Shown here: positions 25,040-38,059 of the stretch, one piece after another
Numbering within the stretch: the stretch's first letter is position 1
How the letters are laid out: each line of letters begins with the position of its first letter
NCBI GenBank assembly: GCA_001938485.1
Contig: MQRK01228686.1
Location: 1 to 64,000 of the forward strand
Reading direction: 5' to 3'
DNA: 64,000 bases
Source of the DNA: Girardia tigrina
Lineage: Eukaryota
Made by a program: the position numbers and the translations under genes
Notes under the pieces: generated by a model
The model's input: the letters and a program-made list of their open reading frames with translations, nothing else
What the model was told of the DNA's origin: nothing
Database searches by the model: none

Positions 25040-25510
25040 GCCATTTCAAAATATATTTTAGGATAATATATTTCGACGGTTTAACCGTCATCATCAGATC
25101 ACTGATTATATTCTTTTTTTATTGCTTTTATATAAGAAATTAGTGATTATGCAATCACTTACGTAAGTCTAATTGAAAACTCTTAACAAATTATTTGAGA
25201 GTGCTGTTTGAACATTGATTCTAGGATCACATGATCTTATCAACAATGCTTCACATGACACTCTCTCCAAATAATTTTTAAAATGCTTGCACAAAATCTT
25301 AAAATCATTTATGCTCATATTACATTTACACGTTTTTTTATGCTCAGCAATATTACTCTTTCCCCCTTTTTGACTGTGTTCTTGGACTCGTTTGCAGAGA
25401 TGACGGGCAGTCAGTCCCATGTATGTGGCATTGCACCCATTACATGTGTATTGATAAACAATGTCCGAACACAATCCTAGAGTTTCAAGTTTATTTCTAG
25501 AAATTGTTAT
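25040..25510 (-). mobile_element. Penelope-like element 3' end (GIY-YIG endonuclease, second family)
   Basis: ORF 25169-25546 contains SDIVYQYTCNGCNATYMGLTARHLCKRVQEH...NIAEH...CEALLIRSCDPRINVQ, followed by a hammerhead ~70 bp downstream of the stop. Confidence 0.92.
25062..25100 (-). ncRNA. minimal hammerhead ribozyme (PLE-associated)
   Basis: GAU CUGAUGA U GACGG-uuaaa-CCGUC GAAA UAU AUU AUC. Stem II GACGG/CCGUC is perfect; palindromic stem III AUAUAU; AUU triplet. Confidence 0.8.
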
Positions 25511-28500
25511 TATTTTAATAAAACGTATAAACATTTTCCTGTTCAATGATATTGTAGTGTCCTTTTATTCTCAAAGGTTATTATAAAAAAATAAATAATA
25601 TAATACTTTTAAAAGCACCATTTGGTAATTTGGGACCAGTACCGTTTCGGGAGCAATTCTTTACTCTGTCACCTCCAAACAGTTGGCCCAGGCAACCTTA
25701 TAAAAATAAAAATTAATAAATAATAATTTTAATTAACATAATATAAATTAAAGAATTAATACAAAAATTATTAAAAAATCAATAAAAGCATAAAAATAAT
25801 AAGAAATGGAAGTAAATGATCTACTGCTATAGAAATCAGAATTCAGGTGACGTTCATCTCGCGGATACCCTGGTTCTTTTCGATAATGATCATTATTAAA
25901 TGCTTGATGATATGTTGGCCACTAGATAGTTCTGCGGCGACCGACACTACTTATTTGTATGAAGACTCGCTGGCGGGCATGATCGGTCGGATGCAGTGCC
26001 CACCGGTGGGTACGTTGGTGTGTGCTGGTACTGCAACCGGTCCATAGCGGTTCTTCGAAGAGTGTCACCAAGTACACGGCAGAGAGTGGGTTGGCCGTGT
26101 CGATCCCGTTGGAGGCGTCGTGTCGGTCGGTGGTATCTCGACAGTTCGATCGTGACAGTGCCGAGTTCGGTAGGACCGATTTGCCACTTGGTCGAGTGAT
26201 ACGGGTTCCGCTCCGTGGCGTTTCTCGTCTCATAAGATATACCGTGGAGAAGAGAACAAAACGAAACCGCTGTTAATAACATTTATTTTTCACAGATAAT
26301 TCCAATATTGCACAAGATTCAAGTTATTCCAATATAAATTCTCTTATTTAAACAACTGTTAATAAACTTAATACTGTTAATATTTTTTCAGTTATTGTTT
26401 TTCAAATCATTTTATTTTCCGAGCACCACACTTGTCAAAGAAGGGTAGGTTTAATTGCACTTTATATGTGTATCGCAAATACCAATTCACCGAGTAAATC
26501 TCTTTCAGTGCATATAGAACCTAAATATAGAGCTACTTAGCTAGTCTGAATAAAGTCACAAAAATATATTTCATTAAAAAATCTTTTGGTAGTTTTCAGG
26601 TATCTTTGCATCTCATAATAGATCTGTGGTAGGTTGTGAGAAGATCCGCTTATAAGAGCGGATATCTTTAGTAACCAGAGTACAGGAAAATAGAAATGAT
26701 GAAAACATTTATCGATAGGGACATACAGTAATGTATTAATATTTTGATGACCAGGGGTGGGTTAAAAAGGCTTTATTAGTTTTTATCTTGAAGCAAGTCG
26801 TGCTTATATTCTTTTTGAAGTATCTACTTCTTTCCAAAGAAAAATAGGGATCATGTAAAAACACAACATACATTAATTCATTTATTACTGTATAAATTTA
26901 CATAGAGGATCCCATGAAAGTAGGTTACCCAAAATGGAGGATGGATGCCCATCACAATCAATTTAGGCATTATAATTTAAGTCAGATGGATGATGTTATG
27001 AATGAGGATGGACATGGGTCAGTCACTGGTCCTGGGATGCTTCCTGTTGTAATATGGAAATTCAGATACTGAGGAAAGCACAATCATTGGTTTTTCCAAC
27101 GGAACTATGCTGTAAAAATAAATCTTTAAAGAAAAGTTTATTTATTGGTACCTATGTAACCAGAGAACCAACGATGAAGGTATCAGTGGGGTAATGTCAT
27201 TTTATTTCTAGCTATCATGATAAGATTGGGTTGTCTCCTATTGATTCATTTTTTGATATTGTCCTTATTACTGTGAAGAATGTGTACGTAAAAATCAAAT
27301 GTGCAGTTAACAAAAGTACATTTAAAGTGATTTATATTTGTTGTATGTGATACATTTAACCTTTCAGCAATCTCTAAAACAGTTATATGACAATTCTGTT
27401 AAATTATGACTGATTTTGAATTAAAAAAATAAATAAAATTTGTTACCACGTTTTAGCTTGCTTTCTTTTTTGTTGTTTGATTGTCCGCAAAATTTACAAA
27501 CTTTTTATGTATGTTATAACTTTATGAACTTTAGTTATTTTTTCGTAATAAATACATTTTCGGATTCCTTATTAGATAAATTTTATTTAATTATATCTTT
27601 GTCATGATGAATTTTGAAAAACAAATATTATTGATTTTCTTTCATAACATCTCACATCGAAAACTTTGTTTTAATATTCAAATATGAAATGTGAAAGAGA
27701 TTAAGAAAGAAAACGTTTATCTAAAGTGGTTGAGACTGCTGAACAACGCAGTTACCGTCTTGCTATACAATGTGAATGACCAAGTCAAGCTCACGCGGTT
27801 GAGACTGAAAATTGTGTAGTCTCTCGAGACAATTAAGTTTTCGAGGGTTTCAGTCACTCCAACAAAATTTGCATCATCACTTGCTCTAGGTAACATATCA
27901 GGAAGCTTTATGACTAACCTTGAAAATGTCAAGAGCGAATAACGTAGCTTGGTGAACAATATTCAACAATGTAACTAATCATAACTTTTAATGCACGCAC
28001 GTTTTTGTTGTGTAACCCCAGATAAAAGTTATTTTCTACTTTTTAGTCCATGGTAGAAACGTGGTTTTTTAAAAAGTGTTTTATATATTATATTATTAGT
28101 TTTAGAGTTAAAATTGAAATTAAATTTTGAGTTAAATTTCAATTAAAACTAAAAATTATATTGTTGATTTTTGAATTTAAATTGTTGATTTCAGTCGTCT
28201 CGATCCCAATCTCAAATTACAAGAGATAATCTCATCTGGTAACTATCTCAGAGCTCGTTAATTTGCATCAATTTTCAACCTCGATCAAGAAATTTTCTCT
28301 AAGGAAGAAGTAAAACATCTTGTATTTGCGTGGAATATAAACTGAACATCATTGAGCAGTGAGTAACAATTGAGGCTCCTTGACTGTGTCAAAGAGATAA
28401 AGACGTATTTCAACTGTCACTTATCACAATCTGAAAATTGACCCTAAATTACTATTTACAAACAGTATTACGGATGACTTACTTCAAAAGTAACCAAAAT

Positions 28501-28989
28501 ATACATGACATCAAATGCCACAAAGAACATAATAATACGGACAGAAAACAATAACAACCTTCGCTATATGTGACATTTTCTTACTTTATTTCCATTTAAA
28601 ATTTTTTTCATGTTTGACAAGTTTACGCGCAATTCTTTGGTCTTTTAGAAATAAACTTTGGGTTTATAGGAACGGTCAGGCCAATTTTTAGTCTTTCATA
28701 TTCCAGCAACAATAAAATACTTACATTTAAAAACTATTTTTATAAAGAAAGTTAAAAATTACTTATTTCTTATCAATTTTGCATTCCTATGAAGATGGGA
28801 GATTTTAAGGTGCGTTTTACACCTTTGATACATTTTTGGTTTGCTATAATGTTTTACTACAGATGACGAAAAAATTAAGATATTTACAAAATTTTATTTC
28901 AATCAAAAGTATGGACATTTACAGGTCAGAAACGACCATTCGAAAAGATCACTTTGACTAAAGCGTCACATAGTGTCTCAGACTAGTAT

Positions 28990-29620
28990 CCGCTACAGAA
29001 TAGAGTTTGCCGGTAGTATTATGAAGCTTGAACATGGGTTGAAGCTGCTGATGTCGTGCTTCACCAATGTCGACGCACAATATTTGATGTTAGATATGAC
29101 ACATCTTCTTCGGAGCTTGTTGATGGTAATATCTGAAAACTGCAAATCTTTCAGGACCTCATCGTTTTTTTTGCCCATGAACCGAGACATCCGACCACGA
29201 TTGTTCCGAGTTGCACTCCCCAGCCTGGGAATTTCGCTCAAGCTTCCTCTTCCAAGGTCGAATATTTTGTCTCATTCAGGTTTCTTACGGCTTCCAAGTT
29301 CTTATTCCTGATTTGAAGATCAATTCTCAAACTGGATGTTGAGAAGTCGCTTTGCTCATCTTTGTTGATCTGGTAATATGGGAGTTCAAAGTCCAATTCT
29401 TCCATCACTAAGTCGATTACATCTTTATGGCGAGCTATTATCAATGTCAAATATGACTCGCATCAACAGAGGACGTGCATTTGTGTCTCTGCGTATTGTC
29501 GACAGGCTCGGTATAGTGTTTTTTTCTTTTTCCTTGTTTGGTTTATAGTTGACTGGCAAAATAACGCACAAGAAAGTTTTGGAACTCATTTCTACTTGGG
29601 ATAAATACGATTAGAATTTG
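28990..29620 (-). mobile_element. RLE-type (R2/NeSL/R4-like) non-LTR retrotransposon 3' remnant
   Basis: YRACRQYAETQMHVLC*CESYLTLIIARHKDVIDLV (CCHC knuckle + RH), then SLRIDL (PD motif) and KY motif; in-frame stops and frameshifts. Confidence 0.8.
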
Positions 29621-29699
29621 TCATTTTTAAATAAAAGTGATTGATTGAGAGTAATTGAAAATGGATCGTTTATAATAGCGTTCAACCGAAAAGATTCCG

Positions 29700-30150
29700 G
29701 GGTAAGGACAATGATACACTTTCTCCGAAAAATCAATAGTTTATCCTACAAAAGCCATACTTTAAATCTTTTTGAATTTGGAAGACGTCGTGTACTATGA
29801 GCTTTTGCATTGTGCGACTGGTAAATGGAGGAATGAAAGATAGCAATTTAAGAAAAATGCTCCGCATTGACAAAAAGGAAAGATGTTACTTTTCTTCAGG
29901 ATAATGTCAGATCTCACTTGTCTTTGGTGATCCAACATAACTTGTTTGCTGTTTGGCTGGGATACGACATTCCCTGCTGAATTCGTCAGTCACTGTTCTT
30001 TTGAATTTTTACTTATTCAGGTCCTTGGAAATAATTTCAATGGTAAAACTAAAATTCTTTAAATTATCAAATAATAAATGACCACTTAATTGAATTATTT
30101 TCTAAAAAAACTTCAAAATACTGTGAAGATGGAACGAGTTTAAGGAAGTA
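29700..30150 (+). mobile_element. mariner internal fragment
   Basis: KRKDVTFLQDNVRSH, GWD and LFRSL remnants. Confidence 0.7.
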
Positions 30151-30240
30151 TAGAGAAATCTTTCGTGGCATAATTTTGTACATGTACTTCATTGTCTCTG
30201 AAAAATCAACACGATCGTTCCGGAAAACTAAATAAATAAC

Positions 30241-30498
30241 TGTTAGGTTCCATATCAAAAGTTGAAATCATAACACCAAAATTTTATTAATTGAACACAA
30301 TAACATTTTTTGAACAAAGTTTCGATGAAAAATTTTTCTTACACAAATGAAGATAATAAATAAGTAAATGAAGATAAATACGAATACTTAATTTATTATA
30401 TCTTTAATATATATTTTAATAAATATTTTGAAAATTTCTTTAAGAGATTTTAAATTCTAAAATTCAAAATTTCATGTGAGCTCCCCAGAATCCTAATA
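30241..30498 (-). mobile_element. solo LTR (internally shorter copy) with 5-bp TSD
   Basis: ATAAC|TGTTAGG ... CCTAATA|ATAAC. Both ends match 2866-3539 in reverse complement. TGTT termini with a 5-bp TSD are typical of BEL/Pao or copia LTRs. Confidence 0.65.
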
Positions 30499-30523
30499 AT
30501 AACAATAAGATAATTTTAATTAA

Positions 30524-30687
30524 CCCTAATGGGGCCGAAACTATTTCCTTTAGAAAAAATGAATTTTTGATATTAATTCTGGTTTATTATATCTAAATAA
30601 CCTGTTCTACATTAAAAAATATTTTTTGTTTCATACGGTCCTTTTGTAAGAGGGTGTCCTTTTAAAAGGACGGTGGCCCCATTCGGG
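30524..30687. mobile_element. piggyBac-type MITE
   Basis: TTAA|CCCTAATGGGGCC ... GGCCCCATTCGGG|TTAA (12/13 TIR match). Internal palindrome GTCCTTTTAAAAGGAC. Confidence 0.82.
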
Positions 30688-30907
30688 TTAATATATTAAT
30701 AAAATCTCTTATTTTTGTCTGTGTCGAAATAATTATAATAACTTATAAGACGAATGATATGAGTTTACTTAAGATTAAATATACAATTTTAAATAATGAT
30801 GTGTTTTCCTTATAAAATAGAAATAAAAATAAAGAAATTCAAATAAAACAAAATAAAAGTAATTTTTTATCAAGCTGAAGAATGTGAAACATGTTGCATG
30901 TATACTA

Positions 30908-31931
30908 TTAGGTGTATGCAAAAGTTTTTCGTTTTTATATAAATTTCTATGCAAAAAATTCAAGTCAAACTTTACACTTATTCAAAATAGTCTCCATTTG
31001 CAGACATTCTCTTATAGATCTGGTAGGTCATGAATGCCCTTCCAAAGAATTCGGACTTTTAAAGCTAAAATGCCAGTCATGTTGGAGTTCTAGCTTTTTG
31101 AAACTCTGGTCTATGTTGGAGATCTTCAGTCCCAGGAACAGGTAGTATTCGGATAGCGCTAAGTCTGGGCTATAAGCCAGTTGCTATAACACTTCCAAAT
31201 CGAGCTCCTCTATCATTTTTCGAGTGAAATTTGCCACGTGGGGCCGGTCATTGTCGCGTAGTAAAAGGATCTTTCTCAACCCCTTGCCAATACATAGTCT
31301 TAGTCATTCAATTTCTGCGTAAACGTTTCTCATTTGAGCTGCGTCCTACTCTGCGTTCACCGTTTGGCCTTCTTGGACCAGTTCATAACACAAATTATCT
31401 TTATAACCACAAAATGCCCATCAGCACTTTTTTCTATGAAGTTCGGGTTACATAGTCGAAACAGGTTACTGAAAGGGGTTTAACTACTGAAACTTTGTAG
31501 GTTCTTGCTGTTTCTGCATTGAATCTTCCTCAAGTCAGCTCCGCAGAAGGTAATTGAGCAGCTTTTTTAGTCTTACTTCGTTTGGCTCAACGCTCAGGTA
31601 AAAACTGTCCCATGAAACCTCCCAAACTACTTCTGAAAATTTCCTCTCAACTGTTTCTTAATTTCTATAAATGGTAGAAATCTCCATAGCTGCTTCAGAC
31701 TCGTTTTTTTCTTTTATGCAATTCTAAAAGCATTAAATGACGAATGTGAATTCTATCGAAATTCATCTCAAAATAAGCTCAAGTAAAATGTCTGTATTGA
31801 AGAAGTCCTATGCAATAAAAACTACATTAAACTAATAAATAAACTAACTATATTAAGCTAACTGAAAACTAAATCAATATTTTAAACATATAAATTTGAT
31901 TATAAAATATAATCGTAACAAAATAAAACGA
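30908..31931 (-). mobile_element. decayed mariner
   Basis: TA|TTAGGTGTATGCAAAAGTTTTTCG TIR. Minus strand reads MNFDRIHIRHLMLLE..., LLRDNDRPH and NGDYFE*. The other TIR is truncated. Confidence 0.88.
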
Positions 31932-32328
31932 GCGGCACGATCCTTTGCGATGCTGCGATAATACGATGCTGCAAGATTTGCAATTATTTAGACGTATCAA
32001 AAAGAATGAAGTAAAACGATAAAAACAGAATTCATTTTTTAAAATTTATAAATTTTGGTTTCCCTTCTTGATATCTATATATTTTATCATCTAGAATCAT
32101 ATTTCGCATATATTCTGTTATTTATATTAATTTGACTTGGGAATTTTGAACAGAAACTTCTTGCTGAATTTCATATAATTTTTTGTTCAAATCCCGTTTC
32201 CTCTTCATATATATATATATATATATANNNNNNNNNNNNNNNNNNNNNNNNNNNNNNNNNNNNNNNNNNNNNNNNNNNNNNNNNNNNNNNNNNNNNNNNN
32301 NNNNNNNNNNNNNNATATATATAATAAT

Positions 32329-32591
32329 CAATTCAAAACTGAAAGTTAAAAATAATATCTAAATCGATAAAAATTTATAATAAGATAATACACATTTTAA
32401 AATTAAAAACAATTCTTTACAATTTATTTGAAATCTTTTCTAAATGATTCAATTTATTTTAAAATAATGTTCATTTTAAAATTTAAGAAAAACATTTTAT
32501 TCTACCATATTAAAATTAATTATAGCTCAAATTTATTATTTCCAGAAATTAAATACTTTAAATATTTTTTATTTCAATTATATTTGTTAGT
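32329..32591. repeat. 263-bp AT-rich repeat, inverted copy at 36901-37163
   Basis: Base-by-base reverse-complement match with only a few mismatches. Confidence 0.92.
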
Positions 32592-32699
32592 CGTTTTTTG
32601 AATGGTCCTGATTTTGATTATGTTTTTAAGTATATATTTATCATTTATTTATGTTTTATACATAATTTTAAAGCTTATGAAAAACTCTTTATTTCTATG

Positions 32700-33822
32700 A
32701 TACTTTGTTTAAATATTAACTTTCAAACAACGTGTTTATTTAAATAATCAATATGCAAAAAAAGCAATTACTAGCAATTTTTTATATGAATTCAAACTTA
32801 GCACCAAAGCATCGGAGGCCGCCCGTAATATCAACGGTGCATTGGGCGATGGAACCACAAACAAACGTATGTTACAACGTTGGTTCAAAAAATTTCAAGA
32901 ATGAGATGAGACCCTCAAAGATGATGGTGGCCTTGGACGGAAACCTGCTATTGAAAATGAAAATTTGAAAGCTATAATTGAAGCCAATCCACGCACAATA
33001 GTTCGAGAGCTTGCTGAGGAACTAGGTGTCATGATAGGAATAATTTCAAACCATCTGCGTGACATTGGGAAGTCGAAAAAACTTGATAAATGGATTCTAT
33101 ACGAATTAAATAAATTATGCGTCGTTTTGAGGAATCGTCTTCACTTCTTCTGCGGAATAAAAATGATCCGTTTCTGGATCGAATTGTAACTTGTGATGAA
33201 AAGTGGATTCTCTACGACAATCAGAAACGTTCTTCTCAATGTTTGGACCACGATCAAGCTCCGCAACCCTTTCCGAGGCCGAAATTGTACCAAAAAAGAT
33301 GATGAAGACTGTTTGGTAGTCTGCAGCCGGTGTTATTCATCATAGCTTCCAAAATCCATTAGAAACAATTACGGCAGAGAGATACTGTCAGGAAATGGTC
33401 AAAATGAATCAGAAACTCCAACAACAGCAACCAGCATTAGTCAATAGGAAGGGGCCTATTATTCTCCTCGACAAAGCTCGGCCACACATCGCAAGTCTGA
33501 CAATGCAACTGTTGAACGAACTTGGCTACGAAACTTTGAATCATCCACCATACTCACCTAACCTCTCGCCTACTGATTATCACTTTTTCCTCTTTGAGAA
33601 ATACTTCAAAAATCAAGGGGATGCTAAAACTGCCTTCAACGATTTCATCATCTCCAGAAAGCCAGAATTTTATGCAACCGGAATAAATAAACTTGTTCAA
33701 CGTTGGCAAAAGTGTATTGATGCTAACGGTTTTTATTTCGATTAAGAAAGTTGATTCTATGCTGAGATATTTATCTTTAAAGATTATGGTTAAAAAACGA
33801 CATTACTTTTTAAACAATCTAA
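32700..33822 (+). mobile_element. mariner (cecropia/Hsmar1-like), near full-length, frameshifted
   Basis: MQKKQL.AIF(L)YEFKL, RIVTCDEKWILYDN, GPIILLDKARPH, HPPYSPNLSPTDYHFF, RWQKCIDANGFYFD*. Right TIR ends at 33822, followed by TA. Confidence 0.95.
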
Positions 33823-34569
33823 TATATATATATATATATAAGAAAATTATTGCAATAAATACTTTTACTCTTTTTTAGAGTATTGGATAATTTTCGTTTA
33901 ATTTTCAATATAAACCCTACGGAATCACGTTCTTAATTAAAATTGAAAGGATATACCTTATTTCTCATGAGGATGGAGTGGCTGCCATTAACCACGTAAT
34001 TGTTAAAGATTGGTACCCAAAGTTCTAGCAGATTAGTTCAAGTTGTCAAATTAATAAAAGAAGTAGACCATCAAGGGAGACACAAGAAAATCAGGTAAAA
34101 GACCTTTTTGAAGAATGTATATAACCCTAAATCTTTCAGTACTTCCAAATATCAATGGCATCTGCAGTACAAACTCTGAACTATTAGGAAGAGGATCAAA
34201 AACTGATTTTTTAAATCACCTAGAACAGAAAATATTTTTGGTGACAGAAGCGAATAATTAACGTCAACTCTGAAATCGAATTATTTCAGAAACCACAAAA
34301 GATGTTCTTTTCTACAAAGTTGTGGAACCTAAATAACTGATGGCTATAGAACACTACACGAATCGGATATTAGGTATTAATGGAAAATGAAAGAATGACA
34401 AGTATCTATTCATGAAGAATTAAAACCTTAATTACTGAATAGTTCTATCTTGATGTTATCATAAAATATACAACTTTTGAGCTTGGTATACTCATCAGAT
34501 CTCTTACAGATTATCACCATCTAGTTAGGAAATACTTCACAAAACTTTACGAAATACAAATTTCATATA

Positions 34570-35100
34570 CAGGATGTTGTTAAAGTCTTGTCAAAGAGGC
34601 ATTCAAAAAAGATAAACCTGTGTATTTCGGAAAATATAAGAGATACTGCAATGAAACTTAAAATTCAAGTTGAATAGAAAAAAAGTTGTTTTAAACAATT
34701 TATTCAAAATGATCTCCTCCCGCATGTACGACGGCTTCCAGACGTTTCCTGAATGCGGCACAGGCTTTCACCAAAAGCACTTATGGCAGATTCTTCCAGA
34801 CCTTCGCAACGGTATTCCCCATGGTCTTGGCACTTGTGTGACGAAAACGGCCCTTTCTACGCACGCTCATAGGGAGTAATCCAGAGGATTCACATCTGAT
34901 GAAGATGGTGGTTACTTGTCTTTGGTTGTAAAAGTACGATTTTGTCCTCCCTTTGGACTGCCTTAGTTATATGACCAGATGCACCGTCTTGATAAAAAAA
35001 TTCCGGAATTTTTGTTTTGCTAATCGTTCATGCTTCACGGATATCATTGCAAATGACACAGTTATTGCGACGGTTCCCTGATGGATCCACTGTGAATGTT
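34570..35100 (-). mobile_element. maT/DD37D-like Tc1-mariner 3' fragment
   Basis: TA|CAGGATGTTGTTAAAGTCTTGTCAAA TIR. Homologous to 60831-61420 and to the 3' end of 38060-39268. Confidence 0.82.
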
Positions 35101-36445
35101 TTTACGTCTTTAAAGTGAAAAAATCAATCTTTAAGAAATATATTTTTTTAATATTAAGTTCATGATTCTTCATTAAGTTTAAATTAATCATTTTTAATTT
35201 GAAAAAATATAAATAAAATCATTTTAAATAATTACTAAATGAAAATATTTTCAAGAATGAATTTGAATTTGTAAAACGAAATTGGATTTTTTTCATTCAA
35301 TATCAGTTTGATTTAATGTGGAAAATCGGGGATCGTTTTTGTCAGACAGATTCCATAAAGCAGGACTTAGACGAACAAAAAAGATATTAATTTTATCAAT
35401 ATTTCAACAGAAATTTGATTATTCATTTGTTTATATTAATTAGTCATCTGAATACAGTTTGTGAGTTCAAGAAATGAGACCCCCCTTAGACTTTAAGACA
35501 AGGGCCACGTGCCAATGGTCTACATTTTTTATTTATAAAGTTGGTATAATATCAATGATCATTGGTTGAGCCTTTAAACCTCTTATTTCCAAGGAATTAA
35601 AGGCTTCAATAAATTATAATTCATATTATATTATAAATTTAATATATTAAGTTATATAATTTTTTTTATGAATCAGAAAATAAATGAATCACTGATGTCT
35701 CATTTTGTAACAGAATTTTTTCAATATATTTTCAAATTTAAATGATCACTAAAAATTAGAAGTTAATTTTCTTTTTACTGACAAATTTTAGCATAATTTG
35801 AATTTTTAAAAAAAATATTTTAAATAAATTTTGATTTCGAGATAAATAATATTATGAATTAGTTACCATTTCCATTTCGCCAAAAATTTTTATACATTTT
35901 GTTAAATTTTAAATTAATAAAAAAAATTAATAAATACTTAAAACATAAAAAAAACTTTATAAAGCTTTAAAAAATTGTAAAATGATTTTTTTTAAAAAAA
36001 TTAAAAATTAAATAAATATATCAAACCAAAATATTTTAGATTAATTAAATTCGATATATATAATATTAATATGATTATTAAGTTTTAAAATAAGAATTTA
36101 AAAATAGATAATTAATGGGTGAAATTTATAATAATTTTACAAAATAATTTTAAAAGAAATTGAAGTTAAATATTTTTACGAAATGATTTTGAATGATTAA
36201 ATTTAAATTTTAAAATGATTAAATTTAATAATTTTTTTTAGAAATAAATTTTACAATTTGAAAAAATTATAATTTAAATTTATAAAATTACATTTGAAGA
36301 AAAATTATTAAATGGAATTTGGTGAAATGATTAAATTAACGAAAAATTTGTTTAAATATATATTGTAGCAACTACACAATGAACAGCGCACAAGTTATAT
36401 TTTAAATTAAAATCTGAATCGGCAAACAACCGATTTAAACAAATA

Positions 36446-36491
<46 letters not shown>

Positions 36492-36541
36492 NNNNNNNNN
36501 NNNNNNNNNNNNNNNNNNNNNNNNNNNNNNNNNNNNNNNNN

Positions 36542-36593
<52 letters not shown>

Positions 36594-36612
36594 TATATTT
36601 TTGTGTTAAAAA

Positions 36613-36845
36613 CAGGGCTGCCGAGTCGGACTAAAATTGCACGACTCCAACTCCTTTATTTTTAAAATGCCGAACTCCGACTCCGACTGCAACTTCAACT
36701 CAGCCTTCGACTCCTCTTTAGGTTAATTTATAATATTTGTTATTATTTTCGTCGGAGTTAAGTTTCACGACTCTGACTAAGACTCTGACTCCGACTCCAA
36801 CTCTGACTTCCCCAAAAATTCTTAAACTCCGACTCCGCAGCCATG
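36613..36845. mobile_element. hAT-type MITE with (GACTCC)n subterminal repeats
   Basis: 8-bp TSD GTTAAAAA (36605-36612, 36846-36853). TIRs CAGGGCTGCCGAGTCGGA / TCCGACTCCGCAGCCATG. A related decayed piece lies at ~18045-18135. Confidence 0.9.
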
Positions 36846-36900
36846 GTTAAAAATGAATTCGGATTCAGAAACGTCAAATAACAACAATAGCCTAAATGCT

Positions 36901-37163
36901 ACTAACAAATATAATTGAAATAAAATATATTTAAAGTATTTAATTTCTGGAAATAATAAATTTGAGCTATAATTAATTTTAATATGGTAGAATAAAAATT
37001 TTTTCTTAAATTTTAAAATGAACATTATTTTAAAATAAATTGAATCAATTAGAAAAGATTTCAAATATTTTGTAAAGAATTGTTTTTAATTTTAAAATGT
37101 GTTTTATCTTATTATAAATTTTTATCGATTTAGATATTATTTTTAACTTTCAGTTTTGAATTG
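36901..37163. repeat. 263-bp AT-rich repeat, inverted copy of 32329-32591
   Basis: See 32329-32591. The adjacent 37165-37290 also resembles 41470-41575. Confidence 0.92.
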
Positions 37164-38059
37164 TTTATTAAAAGAAAGTTGAAAATTTATTTGAATTTGT
37201 TTGAAATAAAAATTATTAATTTGAGCTAATAAAAATTTTTCACAATTATTAATCCTAATTAAAATATCGAAAATAATATCAACGCAACTAACGAAAATCT
37301 TTTTAAAAAATCATTAAAATTATTTTAACTTTGAGAATCTTTGAAGATTATTTCAAAGTTTCGAGATTGAAGATTGAAATAAAAGTATTTTCTCGTTATT
37401 TATTGTAATAATCATTTCAAAGAAGATTAATTGAATTTATTATTGAGAAATTCTTTTAAAATACATTATTTGTTATTAAAACATGTGTACCTTTTCAATC
37501 ATGGCCGATGTTAGAGAAAGAAAAAAGCGTTTTACTTTTGTAAAAATACATAGAACGGAATAACCGAGAAGTTCCATCAAAAATCTTAAAATCAGAAATA
37601 TATTTAGAGAAATACCCGTTGATTTAAATTTAAAAAGAAATCTAATTGAGTATAAGGATATTAACCTACGTTAAACTTTGAAAATGAGTTCACAAATAAT
37701 ATCACCCACCATCGAATGACCCCTTGAGGAAGGAAGTCGAAACGCCCGTAAGAATTTAAAATATAATTATACTTTTTGTACTCAAGTCACTTATTAAAAT
37801 CGAAGGAAGTTACTAATTATATAAAATATATACCAATAGATATTGTGTAGACTGAGTGTTTTGTGATCCATGAATTAGTAGACGAACATATGTACTATAA
37901 ATAATAAAAAAAGAAGAAAGATTTTATGATCACAAACAAGTCATTATAATTCCATATTCTGAAGGGTTTAGAAAATTAAAGAAAAGTATTTTATAAAAAT
38001 GTATTTCGTTTCAAAATAATCTCAATCACAACAAAAAGTGCCAAATTTGCTCTCAGATA

